63,102 nt of DNA, filler included, from Stramenopiles sp. TOSAG23-3 (GCA_900128585.1; 13 parts of 13 records of this genome joined end to end with filler, not necessarily neighbours in it), one strand, 5' to 3'. Counted from the first letter of the whole stretch, positions 41,263 through 52,618 are shown. The notes: generated by a model from the sequence alone, not told the origin. Translations and numbers: made by a program.

Positions 41263-42208
41263 TAAATTTAATATTTAATTATTTATTAATATAGTCTATA
41301 TATAGGTAAATATTGTAATTATTATAATTAATAATAAAATTGATTTTTTAGTTTTTAGATTATAAAGTATAATTTCTAGTTGTTATTATATTTAATCTAT
41401 TAGAATATTTATAGAACTGATTACGTAGTCCTATAGTATTCCTACCTTAATTCTAATTCTAAATCTTTTTTATTTGAATTCTTTTTTTTTTCTTCTTCTT
41501 TCTTCTTTCAGGGCTTCAAAAGGACAGCTGATTTTTCAAAAATCATAGTCTTATATATTATAAGTACATATTCTACCTATCTATCTACATAAATTGTATT
41601 TTTAGTATTTTCAATTCTTCCTTTTTTTTTTATTTTTTTTATTCTTCCTTTTTTTTTTATTTTTTTTAGTATTTTTTTATATTTTATTGCGCCATTTATT
41701 ATAATTAATATATTAAGGTATATAATGTATATTGAATAAAATTAATAAAAAAGTGTATTCCCTTTCGTCTTGATAAAGCCATTGTAGAAATAGGAAAATC
41801 ATTTTCCTATTTTAATACATATGCTATACAGTATTAAATAATTTTAGTTCAAACCCAAATTCCATTTTTAATATATATACACACAGCATATAAATAAACC
41901 TAGATAAATACCTACATAATTATAATATATATATACCTTAATTATATCGTATTGGGCAATTTTTTTTTATATTAAAAAAATTTTTAATTTTATTATTTTG
42001 TTGGTTGGGTGGACGATTTGGTGTCAAAACAGATTAAAATTAATGGATAAGTAAACCCTACCTAAACGATTTTTTACAATAGAATTTAATAAGAAGGAAT
42101 AGCTTCTGTTTTCGTTTGGTTTGGTATCACTCTTTTCCTTTAGAGTTGAAAGATTTTGAAAACTTTGCTTTCGTTTCAATACTCCATAGATACCGGTTCC
42201 CAAGCAAC

Positions 42209-44350
42209 ATGGCACAAATAGCAGAGTATTTGAAAAAACGCGACCTGGAACGCCAACGTGCGCTGGTTTTTGACGCCTCTGGGCTGCCGGTGATGAATGC
42301 GGCGGCGATCAAACTCAGTTGCCTGGAACATGACGGGTACGAGACGCCCCATTTGAACGAAAAGCTGTACTTGCACTTTCGTGGGTACCGCAAAATTGAA
42401 AACTTGGAAGACTATGCAAACGTCAAAACGCTGTTTTTGGAGAGCAACGGGCTCAAGAAAATTGAAAACATCTCTCACTTGACCGGTATGCGGTGCCTGT
42501 ACTTGCACCAGAACTTGATCGATACCATGGAAGGCCTGGAAGGGCTCTCCGAGCTGGCAACGGTAAACCTGAGCCAGAACCGGGTGAAATCGGTCACGGG
42601 ACTGGAAACGTTGCAGAACCTTGGGACGCTGAACCTTGCCAAGAACTGCCTCTCCACCACGGAAGACCTGGAAGGGCTGCTCAAGTGCCCGTCGATTACG
42701 AATTTGGACTTGAGCGGGAACTCCCTCGAGGATCCGGAGATCGTAGAGAAGGTGTTGAAGAAACTACCGAAGCTGTCTGCCCTGTACCTGAAGGGAAACC
42801 CCGTTGTGCGAAAGATTAAGCATTACCGCAAAACGCTCCTGAACGCAATGCCGAACTTGGCGTACTTGGACGATCGCCCCGTGTTTGAGCTGGAAAAGGT
42901 GGCGGTGAAGGCGTGGGCCGAGGGTGGGGTGGAGGCGGAGCGGGCCGCCCGAAAGGCGTTCCAAACGAACAAAGTCGAGAAAGACCGAGAAAGCATGCGC
43001 TCGTTTCGCCGCTGGAAGGATGAGCGCCGGGCGGCGCGGCAAGCCGAAATCGAGAAATGCAAGAAGGAAGGCCGCGCGGTGCCCCAGCCCAAGAAATACG
43101 TGTCGTACCGGGAGATGGCCGACTCGGAGATGGACGAGGCGGATAGGATGCGCGCGGCCCTCGCAAAGGCTGAAAAGAACGTTGGGGCCAACGACATCAA
43201 GGCGCTGGGGCGTGAGTACTGGAAGAACGAGGGGGTGCCTGTGTTCGACGAGAACGGGCGGCGCGTCGAAGAGGCCGCCGACGCGCAGCCTGCTGCGCCC
43301 GAGCCTGCCGTCGAGATCGCCGTCCAGGAAGAGGCCGCCCCTGCGCCTGCGCCGCCGCCGGCCCCTTCGACGAAAGCGGCCGCGAAGCCGCCGGTCCCCC
43401 CGACGTCGCCCATCACCACGCAGAAGACCGCGCCGGCCGACGAAGAGGAGAAGAAGGCGAGCGCGGCGGAGGAAGAGATCGACGCCGACCGCCAAAACCG
43501 TGTGGCCGAATCCCTCCGCATGTACCAACAGCAACGGCAGCAAGCCGCGTCGAAGCAACAGAAGCTCGACCGCGCCGAGACGGTCGGGCGTCGCGGCGGA
43601 AACCCGTTTCTTCGCCCGAACAAGTACGGCAACTCTGGCGCAATCCTGTCCAAAATGGTGGAAGAAGAGCGTGGCTTGACCCCGGAGGAAAGGGAGAAGC
43701 TGGAAAAGCGTGTGCAAGAGGCAGAAGAAGAGGAAGACAACTACCGGAGCGCTCGTTCGCAAATGAAAAACCAAGCTAGAAACATGTCGACCCGGAAGAA
43801 GGGTCAAGGTTGGAACAACGTTGCAGATGAAAAGCTTCAAGCCTTGGTCATTGAGTGTGTCTTCGATTTTGACACTGTTGCGAAAAAGCTCGGGCGATCT
43901 CCGGAGGAGTGCCGCTTGCGGTTTGCTCTGCTCGATAAGAGAAGTAGGCATGGGCCTATGTTCCCGTCCTCAAGCTCGACTTCGTCGGGAAAGAACGTTG
44001 GCGCCCAAAAGAGCACGAGTGCCCGCCGCGCAGAAATTCCTGCTTCCAGGACTACGACGGCTTCGAAGAAGCCCACATTTTACCCCCCGCGATCCACCAG
44101 CACGTCGGACCCGTTTGCGTCGTTTGCGGCGGCGTCTTCTGGTGTATCGTCCGTGACGGTCGACTTTGCCAAGCTTCCGTCCATGTCCGTGTCAGACGGG
44201 GAAGACAGTGACGAAAACGACAGTGACGACCCCGGCATGTTTCAAAATGCAGTGCGCTCCAGCGATATTCACCGACAAGTGTTTGGCGACGCTGCCAGTG
44301 CTGGTGGTGCTTCGTCGTCGGCACAAACGGACGTTGATGGTCTGGACTAA
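42209..44350 (+). CDS. DNAAF1: Dynein axonemal assembly factor 1 (LRRC50/ODA7)-like with C-terminal Myb/SANT-like segment
   Basis: [26 protein letters not shown]22-type LRRs, [18 protein letters not shown]...[19 protein letters not shown]. Tail contains WNNVADEKL...[21 protein letters not shown]. Confidence 0.92.
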   Translation: MAQIAEYLKKRDLERQRALVFDASGLPVMNAAAIKLSCLEHDGYETPHLNEKLYLHFRGYRKIENLEDYANVKTLFLESNGLKKIENISHLTGMRCLYLHQNLIDTMEGLEGLSELATVNLSQNRVKSVTGLETLQNLGTLNLAKNCLSTTEDLEGLLKCPSITNLDLSGNSLEDPEIVEKVLKKLPKLSALYLKGNPVVRKIKHYRKTLLNAMPNLAYLDDRPVFELEKVAVKAWAEGGVEAERAARKAFQTNKVEKDRESMRSFRRWKDERRAARQAEIEKCKKEGRAVPQPKKYVSYREMADSEMDEADRMRAALAKAEKNVGANDIKALGREYWKNEGVPVFDENGRRVEEAADAQPAAPEPAVEIAVQEEAAPAPAPPPAPSTKAAAKPPVPPTSPITTQKTAPADEEEKKASAAEEEIDADRQNRVAESLRMYQQQRQQAASKQQKLDRAETVGRRGGNPFLRPNKYGNSGAILSKMVEEERGLTPEEREKLEKRVQEAEEEEDNYRSARSQMKNQARNMSTRKKGQGWNNVADEKLQALVIECVFDFDTVAKKLGRSPEECRLRFALLDKRSRHGPMFPSSSSTSSGKNVGAQKSTSARRAEIPASRTTTASKKPTFYPPRSTSTSDPFASFAAASSGVSSVTVDFAKLPSMSVSDGEDSDENDSDDPGMFQNAVRSSDIHRQVFGDAASAGGASSSAQTDVDGLD

Positions 44351-44592
44351 GATGAGGCTGTGATATGGTACAAGATTTACAGAGATGGAAAAGTGTTAAA
44401 TTTAAATAAAATTACACAGATTTTTTTATTTTTAAAAATACACCTCAGTAGGGTCCGTGTATTTTAAGACTCATAAATTAATATAAATTAATAATTTTAA
44501 AATCTACCACCTACCGTACGCTCTACGCGTTGCTTGCAACTTTCTGAAAAATTCCTTTGAGAGGAGGGCACAAATCTCGTTGTTTATAACAA

Positions 44593-45372
44593 TTACTCTG
44601 CCTTTGTTTTGAAATGCTCGTCGGATTGCAGCCTCGCCATGTACTGGAAGTAACCCTTTACGACCATTCCGAAGGTGCTGATTTCAACCTTTTCGCCGCT
44701 CTCTTCTAAGAATTCGTTGATGACCGACACGAACGTTTTGTCTAAAAAGTGAAAGTGGGAAATGCCAGGCAGGAGATGGTGGTAGGTCTGAAAGTTCAAG
44801 AAAATACTAATTGCGCTAATGAGCAAACTGTCGTGGTCGTAGTCAAAGCAGGATTTGATTTGGTGCTTTGTGAAGTTCGGCGGCTTTGCGAGCAGCTTCT
44901 CCTGGTCGATGCAGGCCTCCTGAATGTGGCTTAGCTGCGTGATGAAGACAAACACCAGCCCGAACATTGCAATCGGAACGTATGCCAGAAAGAAACTCCC
45001 GTTCAACAAATAGTGCGTCCCAAATACTCCCAGGAGGGAGCCGAGGTAGATCAAGGACGTCTGCTTGTACTTTGCCCAGAGTTCAAAATTCATCGGGTGG
45101 CTCAAGCACACGAATATGGAGAGAACGTTGATGGAGAACGCTTGTACCCGGTGGAACAACGACAGTTTGTTCAAATGGTGGTGTCGCAGTATACTCCCCT
45201 CCAGCTGAATGTCTTCGTCCATCAGTGTGTTCGTGTTCGGGTGGTGCTCGATAACGTGCTTGAACATCCACACTTCTGGATGCCCCCATGGCAGCAACAT
45301 GCAGGCCCCCATGCGGTTGACCCACTTGTTGTTCGATATCGCGTTGTGAGAGCCTTCATGTTGAATGAAGCA
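44593..45372 (-). CDS. Front-end-type fatty acid desaturase, N-terminally incomplete (possible pseudogene, exon or chimera)
   Basis: His boxes QHEGSH (in frame upstream of the listed ATG at 45312), HVIEHH and QTYHH. Upstream of box 1 the frame becomes AT-rich and hits a TGA at about 45406-45408. Confidence 0.8.
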   Translation of the reverse strand, partial: CFIQHEGSHNAISNNKWVNRMGACMLLPWGHPEVWMFKHVIEHHPNTNTLMDEDIQLEGSILRHHHLNKLSLFHRVQAFSINVLSIFVCLSHPMNFELWAKYKQTSLIYLGSLLGVFGTHYLLNGSFFLAYVPIAMFGLVFVFITQLSHIQEACIDQEKLLAKPPNFTKHQIKSCFDYDHDSLLISAISIFLNFQTYHHLLPGISHFHFLDKTFVSVINEFLEESGEKVEISTFGMVVKGYFQYMARLQSDEHFKTKAE

Positions 45373-45547
45373 TTTGTTTTTTATAGTAATGTGTTTTAAG
45401 AACTCTCACGTTAAGATCTCCTCGTAGATGTTTTATGATATTTTGATNNNNNNNNNNNNNNNNNNNNNNNNNNNNNNNNNNNNNNNNNNNNTTAATTAAT
45501 TAANNNNNNNNNNNNNNNNNNNNNNNNNNNNNNNNNNNNNNNNNNNN

Positions 45548-46282
45548 TTCTTTACACGGCCCAAGAACCAGCGGGGATATCGCCCGTTCTGGCTGCTCCA
45601 AGGCCCCCAGGAAAAATACTTTGAAGAGGAAATCGGCGCGCTTGGTGACAGCGGATTCGATCCCTACGAACATTTCTTTGCAGCGCCGTCCCACAGCATC
45701 CCGGACTTTGCAACCACTTCCAAGTATTACGGAAAGCGCCCAGCCCCAGTTTTGCTGCAGGGGGTGGTGCAGCACCCGGCCGTGGAACTGCTCATATCGT
45801 CTGGGGATATATCGGACGTGCAGAAAGCTTTGCTCGAGTGCATACCGGTGATTATCGTCCCGTTCTTGCCAGAGCACGTAGATTTAGGCAAGAGAATTGA
45901 GCGCCTCGAAGCTGGAATTTTGATTCGCCCGAACCAAGGCAGGGCCACCACGGATTGGTTGGTGGAGCAGGCCGTGGAAGAGATTTTGACCAACAAGCGG
46001 GTGGCTTACAAGCGGGCAGCATGCCAAGCAGGCGCCCGGATACGAGGCGGTGGGGGCATTAAAAAATCAACCAACATTTTGGAGACTGTCTCAAGCCTGG
46101 GATCTGGTGCTTTTGTACAGCACAACGTGGGACTTCCGTGGTACGCTGCCTCGTCCATCGATGTATATTTGGTGTATTTGGCCGTCCTGAGTGGAATTTG
46201 GATGATCTGCAAAACGTGTCTCGGAACGTGCACGGCGCTATGGTCTGGAATCGTTTCCAACCAAAACCAGAATTCCTGGTAA
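45548..46282 (+). CDS. 5'-partial UDP-glycosyltransferase (GT1/UDPGT)-like protein with C-terminal TM helix
   Basis: Frame is open from the contig edge. QHPAVELLISSG...ALLECIPVIIVPFLPEH...LEAG aligns with the UGT signature in divergent form. LPWYAASSIDV followed by a TM resembles animal-type UGT tails. Confidence 0.75.
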   Translation, partial: FFTRPKNQRGYRPFWLLQGPQEKYFEEEIGALGDSGFDPYEHFFAAPSHSIPDFATTSKYYGKRPAPVLLQGVVQHPAVELLISSGDISDVQKALLECIPVIIVPFLPEHVDLGKRIERLEAGILIRPNQGRATTDWLVEQAVEEILTNKRVAYKRAACQAGARIRGGGGIKKSTNILETVSSLGSGAFVQHNVGLPWYAASSIDVYLVYLAVLSGIWMICKTCLGTCTALWSGIVSNQNQNSW

Positions 46283-46612
46283 ATAATATGATACGAATAA
46301 AAACAAAAAAATGGCTGTAACGAAGTATTTAAGTACAATTAAAATTTATCTTTTCTTCCAAAAACAAAATAATTGTTTTGTACGAAAACCTGTTATTATA
46401 TTTACTATAAGCATATGATACTACTATATAATTTGTTTTTTATATTTACTATATATATTATAATTTTGTTTTTTAATCTTAAGTTAATACGAAGTATGAC
46501 TACCTCTCGAAATGTCCAATCCACCCTTCTTTGCAAATAGTGTGTTCAAATAATGCGTCATTCTTACGATTAAAAACGGTTTTAGTTCAAAACAAAGCGT
46601 GCCATCCAATGT

Positions 46613-48094
46613 TCAAGGCACAACTTTGCAGTCATTGCCAACAAAAATTACAGACCTCTTCAGCTCCATGGCACGAAACATATCCAGTGATCTGACGTAT
46701 TCGCGTGACGCCAAGTCCGCTTGGCGGATAGGCACGGGGATTCTGAATTTCGGGCTGCAGCGGGACACGAGCGCAACGGCCGTGCTCGTCGATATCCTGT
46801 GCCCAGGACTGACATAGACGGGTTTCTTTACCCCCGCCTTGCTGAACGCTGCCCCCAGAACTTCCCCGGTAAATTTACTCACGATGTTCATGTGGCCCTC
46901 TTCAAAAACGGACACCGTTTTCTGCATTTCCTTTTCGACTTCTTTGGCAGCAAGACCGTCGCAGTTCAAAAACGATTTTCCAACCCCCAATGTTGGAAGA
47001 TCCATCAAAACACCCAGGTGGGACGCGGCCCCGACCCGATTGGGGTGCAATATTCCGTTTCCATCGCACATCAACAATCCGGGGTAGTATTCTGGGTTTT
47101 TTTCTTTCAGCTCTTCTAGCAAAACTTGGAAGTATTCCACTTCCCGAAATGCCAGAAAACCAGAAATATACGGGTGCGTCAACTCAATCCTGCGGTACGC
47201 TTCATATACTAACTTCAGCCCAGGAAACTCGAAGACCACCAGGCCACTAACTGCATCCACGTCGCTATTGTTTACAAATGAAATGTCGCACCCACCAACG
47301 TATTTCAGTTTTTGAACATCAAATTTGTCTTGAACAACAACTTTCTTTCTCACTTCGTTCTGTATCGTTTCCCATTCCCGGAGGATGTTCGATTCTTGGA
47401 TTGGCTTTTCCGGCACGCCGGCTGCTTTTGCAGTTTCACTCTTAGGCTGTGAGAAAAATGTTTTCATGAACGATCTCCCTTTTGATTCTTGTTCCCAAAG
47501 TTTCAGTCCATGATCAAAGCTTGGCCAGTTCAGCCCCGTACCTTTTTGCAATTTGATAGCGCACACACCAATAGAATGCGCCAATCGAACGTTGTATGAC
47601 ATGTCATCGAAAAATATTATGTCGTGGTTGCAAATCCTTTGCTTGCTGCAGAAGGAAAGTATTTTTTGGAAATGCTTTGCTTTGCCATCACCCGAACCGC
47701 GTTGAACACAGACCAAAGCAGGAGTGAAATATTTATAAACACCAAACGCCCGCAGAGCGTTCGCGGCGTGCGAAATATCTGGGCTGCTCGATGCAACGCC
47801 CATTAGAACACCGTTACCTTTCAAACTTTCAAGGATTTCCACGACATCCGGAAACAAGTGAACGGTTTTTCGTTCCGGGCGCGAGTCTCTCTCTTTCGAA
47901 TTGCAAACGGCAGCACCCGCACCATCCCCCGTTTGAAAAGGACCACTCAGATGTTCAAAAACAAAAAACGGCCATAAAGTATAATCCAGGTCAAACACAC
48001 AGACTTTTGGCCACTTTGAAGGTGTATATCTCGACCCCGATATACGCCGTTTACGGCAAGTGCGTGTCGGGGAACAGGAAACCAAGGACGACAT
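46613..48094 (-). CDS. ENDOV: Magnesium-dependent phosphatase-1 (HAD) - endonuclease V fusion
   Basis: N-half: VFDLDYTLWP, GVASS, K..HF, IFFDD. C-half: GGCDISF, PYISGFLAFRE, MCDGNGILHP, GVGK, PVYVSPGH, RIPVPIRQADL. One ORF. Confidence 0.92.
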   Translation of the reverse strand: MSSLVSCSPTRTCRKRRISGSRYTPSKWPKVCVFDLDYTLWPFFVFEHLSGPFQTGDGAGAAVCNSKERDSRPERKTVHLFPDVVEILESLKGNGVLMGVASSSPDISHAANALRAFGVYKYFTPALVCVQRGSGDGKAKHFQKILSFCSKQRICNHDIIFFDDMSYNVRLAHSIGVCAIKLQKGTGLNWPSFDHGLKLWEQESKGRSFMKTFFSQPKSETAKAAGVPEKPIQESNILREWETIQNEVRKKVVVQDKFDVQKLKYVGGCDISFVNNSDVDAVSGLVVFEFPGLKLVYEAYRRIELTHPYISGFLAFREVEYFQVLLEELKEKNPEYYPGLLMCDGNGILHPNRVGAASHLGVLMDLPTLGVGKSFLNCDGLAAKEVEKEMQKTVSVFEEGHMNIVSKFTGEVLGAAFSKAGVKKPVYVSPGHRISTSTAVALVSRCSPKFRIPVPIRQADLASREYVRSLDMFRAMELKRSVIFVGNDCKVVP

Positions 48095-48370
48095 ATTTAA
48101 ATTATTTCAAAAAAAATCTAGCATTGTAAAAATACAAACCTGATCTAACGGATGTGACTATATCTCCAAGCAACCATATGCATCCCATGTACTTAAGTAT
48201 ATAAATACGTACATACGTGCACTCTTTTGTTTGCTTTACACTTTCATTTCAAGTGTAGTATGCATGCATCTCATTAAAATAAAAGCAAATCTTTTTTGTA
48301 TAATATTTTATTATTATTTTTTTGCGCAACAATAATAATATTTATTATTACTGATGCTGTGTATATGTAT

Positions 48371-48610
48371 AAGAGAAGAGAAAAGAAAAGAAGAGAAGAG
48401 AAGAGAAGAGAAAAGAAGAGAAAAGAAAAGAAGAGAAGAGAAAAGAAAAGAAAAGAAAAGAAGAGAAGAGAAAAGAAAAGAAGAGAAGAGAAAAGAAGAG
48501 AAGAAGAGAAGAGAAGAGAAGAGAAGAGAAAAGAAAAGAAAAAAAGAAGAAAAGAAAAGAAGAGAAGAGAAGAAGAAGAGAAGATAAAAGAAGAGAAGAG
48601 AAGAAGAGAA
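48371..48610. repeat. (AAGAG/AAAAG)n polypurine tract
   Basis: Directly visible; source of the spurious KRREE ORFs. Confidence 0.95.
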
Positions 48611-49035
48611 TAAATAAGCCTATCTTATATCTACCTGGTAGAGCGCTTACGTCTCTCTCTTTTTTGTCTTCTTCGATGATTTGTTTTTTGTTGCCTTCTG
48701 TCTATGATGGGGGTGGTCTTAGTCTCTTAATAATTCTTAATTATATTTCTCTTCTTCTTCTTCTATAAAAAAATAATAAATCATTTCTTTTTATAGTCAC
48801 TTGAATTGTAGTAGATTTATAAATATCCAAAAAGAAGAAAAAGAAAGAAAGAAATAAACACACACTCCTAATTAGAAGAGTAAGATCAAGAGCTATATAA
48901 ACAACCGCGGGGAGCATATTCAAGAAATTGAAAAGAGGTTACGGTACGTGGATTACTTTATTTTTTTGGCACATGTGAGTGGACTTTTTTCTGCCAGCAG
49001 ACACACAAAGGAGGGGTAGGACGACCGTTGGCAAG

Positions 49036-51852
49036 ATGGAAACGCACGAGGAGGTGCCGTTTGAATTGCTTGTCACGACAAATTTTATTGGCATCGAGCT
49101 TTACGTTACACCAAAGGGAAAGGGCGCTTTCGTTGGTGGCTTTCGGCAGCAACCAAAACGGTTTGGGATGTCGTCGGAGACGCGCGGTCCTGCAGAGCTG
49201 AGTGGCCTTGTTAGGCCAGGGGACCTCCTATTGAGGGCCAACTCTATCGTGGTGAAGGACATGAAGTTGACGGAAATAGTGCAGACCATAACAAAGTTGG
49301 GGAGGCCCGTGAGCCTGCTATTGCAGCATACATCGTTTTTGGATCCTGCAATGGCCGATATGGAAACGTTCTTGAAAGACTCGGCGCAGGTGGAAGCCTA
49401 CTTTCGGTACATCGAGAATAAATTCGAGCCACGCGGGACGGATCGAAAGGAGATTGCTGTCATGCGCGACCGTCTTCGTTTTGAACAGACGAAAATAATG
49501 TTCTTGCTCGAAGCGATACACTACGAGACGATCAACGATGCGTCCGTGCGCGCCCAAGTTGCAATGAAGTTGCACGAGAAATTCTTTTCTTCAAAGAGTA
49601 AATTTCAACTGGAAAAATCGATTCGGGTCAAAGGGGAAGTGATCATTTCAAATAGCAAAATCGACGCGCAGACGAGCACGCCCATGGCGGGCTTCAATAC
49701 AAGTGGGTGGGGAATGGCTGGCGACGGGCTTCATTATCGTTGGGCGACCGAGAAGCTCATGAATCCTATTGTAAACGACGTAAAGCTGAGTTTAATCCAC
49801 CTGTTTTGCACGTTCAAACAGCAGTACAAACGAACTGCGCGCCGATCGCCCACCAGCATGATCGAATGGTCCCTTCAGGACGTGTTGAAGCGCAGGGGGT
49901 GGAAGAGTTACTTTTTGACGTTTCTGTTGCAAACGAGGCAGCACAACAGTTTTTTGCTTTGGGAAGCGATAAATAAGGTGTGCGGGAGCGAGGGGTCGGA
50001 CCAGTATATGGGGGTCAACTTTGAGCACCACCGCACCACCATCAATCGCCGATTTGTCAGGCCGAACGCTCCGTGCTTCGTCTTATGCCTCGGCGCGGAC
50101 CTTCGACGGAGTCTCTTGGGGCGAGAGCAAACGAAGGAGGGATACCTTGGCTTACTCTCCGAGGCCAAGGAGCAAATAATGGCGTATCTAACACAGTTTT
50201 TGGTGGGATTTCAATCCAACGGCCTCCACACCCTTATGGAAGAGCACAAGCCCCCTAGCACGCCTATTTCTTGCACAAAACTCCTTCAAATTTTACGAAT
50301 GAAATCAATGTACGGGCATGGCCTGTCCGTAAAGCAAGTCGGCCGGAAGGACGCGACGCTAATTCCAACGGCGCCCCGGGCCACACCTAATGCAATTATG
50401 CAAGGGTTTTTTGTTATGCAGCAGCATCACTGCGACGACGAAAAAACAAAAATTGTGCCAATATTTTCTTCCATGAATCAACCGGACGTCGGCGTGACTT
50501 ACCACAATCTAGACTCCTTTTTCTTGGCAGACAAGAAACTGCTGCGGGAACTAGACAAGCAAACGCTGGAGTGCTTTCATTTTGTTTTGTCAGGAAATTA
50601 CCGGTCCCAAATCGGGGGGTACACATACGCCACGTGCTTACGGTACACGACTTCGGTCAACATCCCGACACCACTACCAGCTCTTCAGAAATCGAGAACC
50701 AGCTCCGTGAGCACGAAAGCGGCACACGTGCAGGAGGACAACGACGAAGCAGGACGCTCAGGCGAACCGTGTGCAGCAGCGAGGAATGAAATAGAATTGA
50801 CCGAACAGAGGGTTAGATCGTTCTCGAGCTCTGTGGCGGACCAGTCTAGCAACCACGCAGACACACGGGGTGAATGTAGCGAGAGCAAGACTCCCTATGG
50901 CCAGAGCGCTGTCATTACAACAGGAGTTATGCTGCTCAGCAGCGCACCAAGCTCCATCGCTACATTAAGGCCAAAGATGATCCGGCTATTTCACGAGAGC
51001 GACTCGTTTCGCGATTTAATTTTGAAGCCGAAGATTCAAGGAGAGGACATTGATGCGCTGGAGCAGGTTTTGGCGGGCATCAGCAGCGACGTCGCAGACG
51101 ACGAGGGCAGCAGCCTTCTTTTTCGCAAAAGACAAGAAAAGCTAATTTATGCGTTACTCTCGCCGCATTTGATTGCTCGAGTGGTGTGCCACATTTTGCT
51201 GGAGCGAAAAATCGTGTTCGTTTGCTCGAACAAGACGACACTGGTGTACGTTGCAGAGTACTTTCGGTCGGTGTTAGAGCCGGTATTAACCTGGCCACAT
51301 GTGTACGCCCCAGTACTGCCCGATTCGATGCTGACAAATTTAGAGTGCCCAACACCTTTCATTATGGGCACCGTGGGGCACGTTAGAAAGCACGGGCTTC
51401 TTTTCAAATTGATGAAGCAAGACGAGAGCATGTGCATCATTGATTTGAACGAAAGCACCATGTTTGCTAGCCATTCTGCAGAAAAGGTTATAACATCCAT
51501 GGTGGCCAGCCTATCGGGGGATATTACGACGCAGATAGAGCGGGAATCTGCTTGCGAAGACAATTGTACTATTACCGATAAAACGCGCAGGGCCCTGCAC
51601 GAAATCATAGGAGATACCGTGCTCGAAGTTACGAGAGGCTACAGGGACTGCACCGTTGAATTTGAGACTGAGGATCCCAAGGCGACCGAAAAAGGTTTGA
51701 TGAGGAAGAAGAAATTAAAGGTGGGGAACGTTATCGTTTTTGACGAAGTTGCGTACAAAAAGTGCCACAAGAAGCTCATGGATGTTTTTCTGTCTTCGTT
51801 TGTACAGACGCAGTTGTTTTCGAATCTAGTCACTGAAAATTACAAGGTGTAA
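49036..51852 (+). CDS. PDZ - RGS-like - DENN domain protein
   Basis: GPAELSGLVRPGDLLLRAN is PDZ. FLKDS...YFRYI...IMFLLEA...LHEKF and LQDVLKRR...FLTFL...FLLWEAI are RGS-like. ILLERKIVFV...WPHVYAPVLP...LECPTPFIMG and FLSSFVQTQLF are DENN/dDENN. Confidence 0.8.
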   Translation: METHEEVPFELLVTTNFIGIELYVTPKGKGAFVGGFRQQPKRFGMSSETRGPAELSGLVRPGDLLLRANSIVVKDMKLTEIVQTITKLGRPVSLLLQHTSFLDPAMADMETFLKDSAQVEAYFRYIENKFEPRGTDRKEIAVMRDRLRFEQTKIMFLLEAIHYETINDASVRAQVAMKLHEKFFSSKSKFQLEKSIRVKGEVIISNSKIDAQTSTPMAGFNTSGWGMAGDGLHYRWATEKLMNPIVNDVKLSLIHLFCTFKQQYKRTARRSPTSMIEWSLQDVLKRRGWKSYFLTFLLQTRQHNSFLLWEAINKVCGSEGSDQYMGVNFEHHRTTINRRFVRPNAPCFVLCLGADLRRSLLGREQTKEGYLGLLSEAKEQIMAYLTQFLVGFQSNGLHTLMEEHKPPSTPISCTKLLQILRMKSMYGHGLSVKQVGRKDATLIPTAPRATPNAIMQGFFVMQQHHCDDEKTKIVPIFSSMNQPDVGVTYHNLDSFFLADKKLLRELDKQTLECFHFVLSGNYRSQIGGYTYATCLRYTTSVNIPTPLPALQKSRTSSVSTKAAHVQEDNDEAGRSGEPCAAARNEIELTEQRVRSFSSSVADQSSNHADTRGECSESKTPYGQSAVITTGVMLLSSAPSSIATLRPKMIRLFHESDSFRDLILKPKIQGEDIDALEQVLAGISSDVADDEGSSLLFRKRQEKLIYALLSPHLIARVVCHILLERKIVFVCSNKTTLVYVAEYFRSVLEPVLTWPHVYAPVLPDSMLTNLECPTPFIMGTVGHVRKHGLLFKLMKQDESMCIIDLNESTMFASHSAEKVITSMVASLSGDITTQIERESACEDNCTITDKTRRALHEIIGDTVLEVTRGYRDCTVEFETEDPKATEKGLMRKKKLKVGNVIVFDEVAYKKCHKKLMDVFLSSFVQTQLFSNLVTENYKV

Positions 51853-52618
51853 GAAATTTAAATTGTAAATTTGCGAAATAATTTCAGTCTATTTTAACAA
51901 ATGCCAGAAAGGGCACATACTTNNNNNNNNNNNNNNNNNNNNNNNNNNNNNNNNNNNNNNNNNNNNTTAATTAATTAANNNNNNNNNNNNNNNNNNNNNN
52001 NNNNNNNNNNNNNNNNNNNNNNCAGCTGTTTGTATTCTTAGTATATATAACTATAACTTAAATGATAACCTATTATAAATCATATAGAAGAAGGAACCGA
52101 ATTAAACTTGAAAGAAAGGTGGTTTTGTGGTGATGGATGATGATGTCATCATATTTTTATATAATAAATAAATAAATAAAAGCTGAAGAGAAAAAAAGAA
52201 GAAGAGAATAGTAATATAATACAAGAACAATATAATACCACCATAATACCATCCATAACAACACAACACAAACACACCACCAACACTCCGCCTCCCTCCT
52301 CTCCTCCTCCTCCTACGGTATTATACCAGGTTTTAATACCGGTACCGTCCGTACCTCCTCTCCCACAAAAAAAAAAAAAAAGAAGAAGAAGAAGAAGAAG
52401 AAGAAAGAAAGCGCATGCAGCGCATCCCCATCAAAACAATTGATTTATTTTATGAAATGTAATTTTGCTATACTCTGATCAATTGTTCGATCATCGACCT
52501 AATTCGTATCAAATTGTACACTTATGAAATAAACTGGCAAAAGTTACATACAATACCGATTAACAAGTTCTTCTGTTCGGTTGGTTATATACAGCTTCAA
52601 CAAGTACTGTTGTACACC

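Noticed and set aside
48296-48613. KRREE-type and F/L/S-rich ORFs (also 40977-41210, 53440-53701, 59104-59348)
   Set aside because: Translations of microsatellites.
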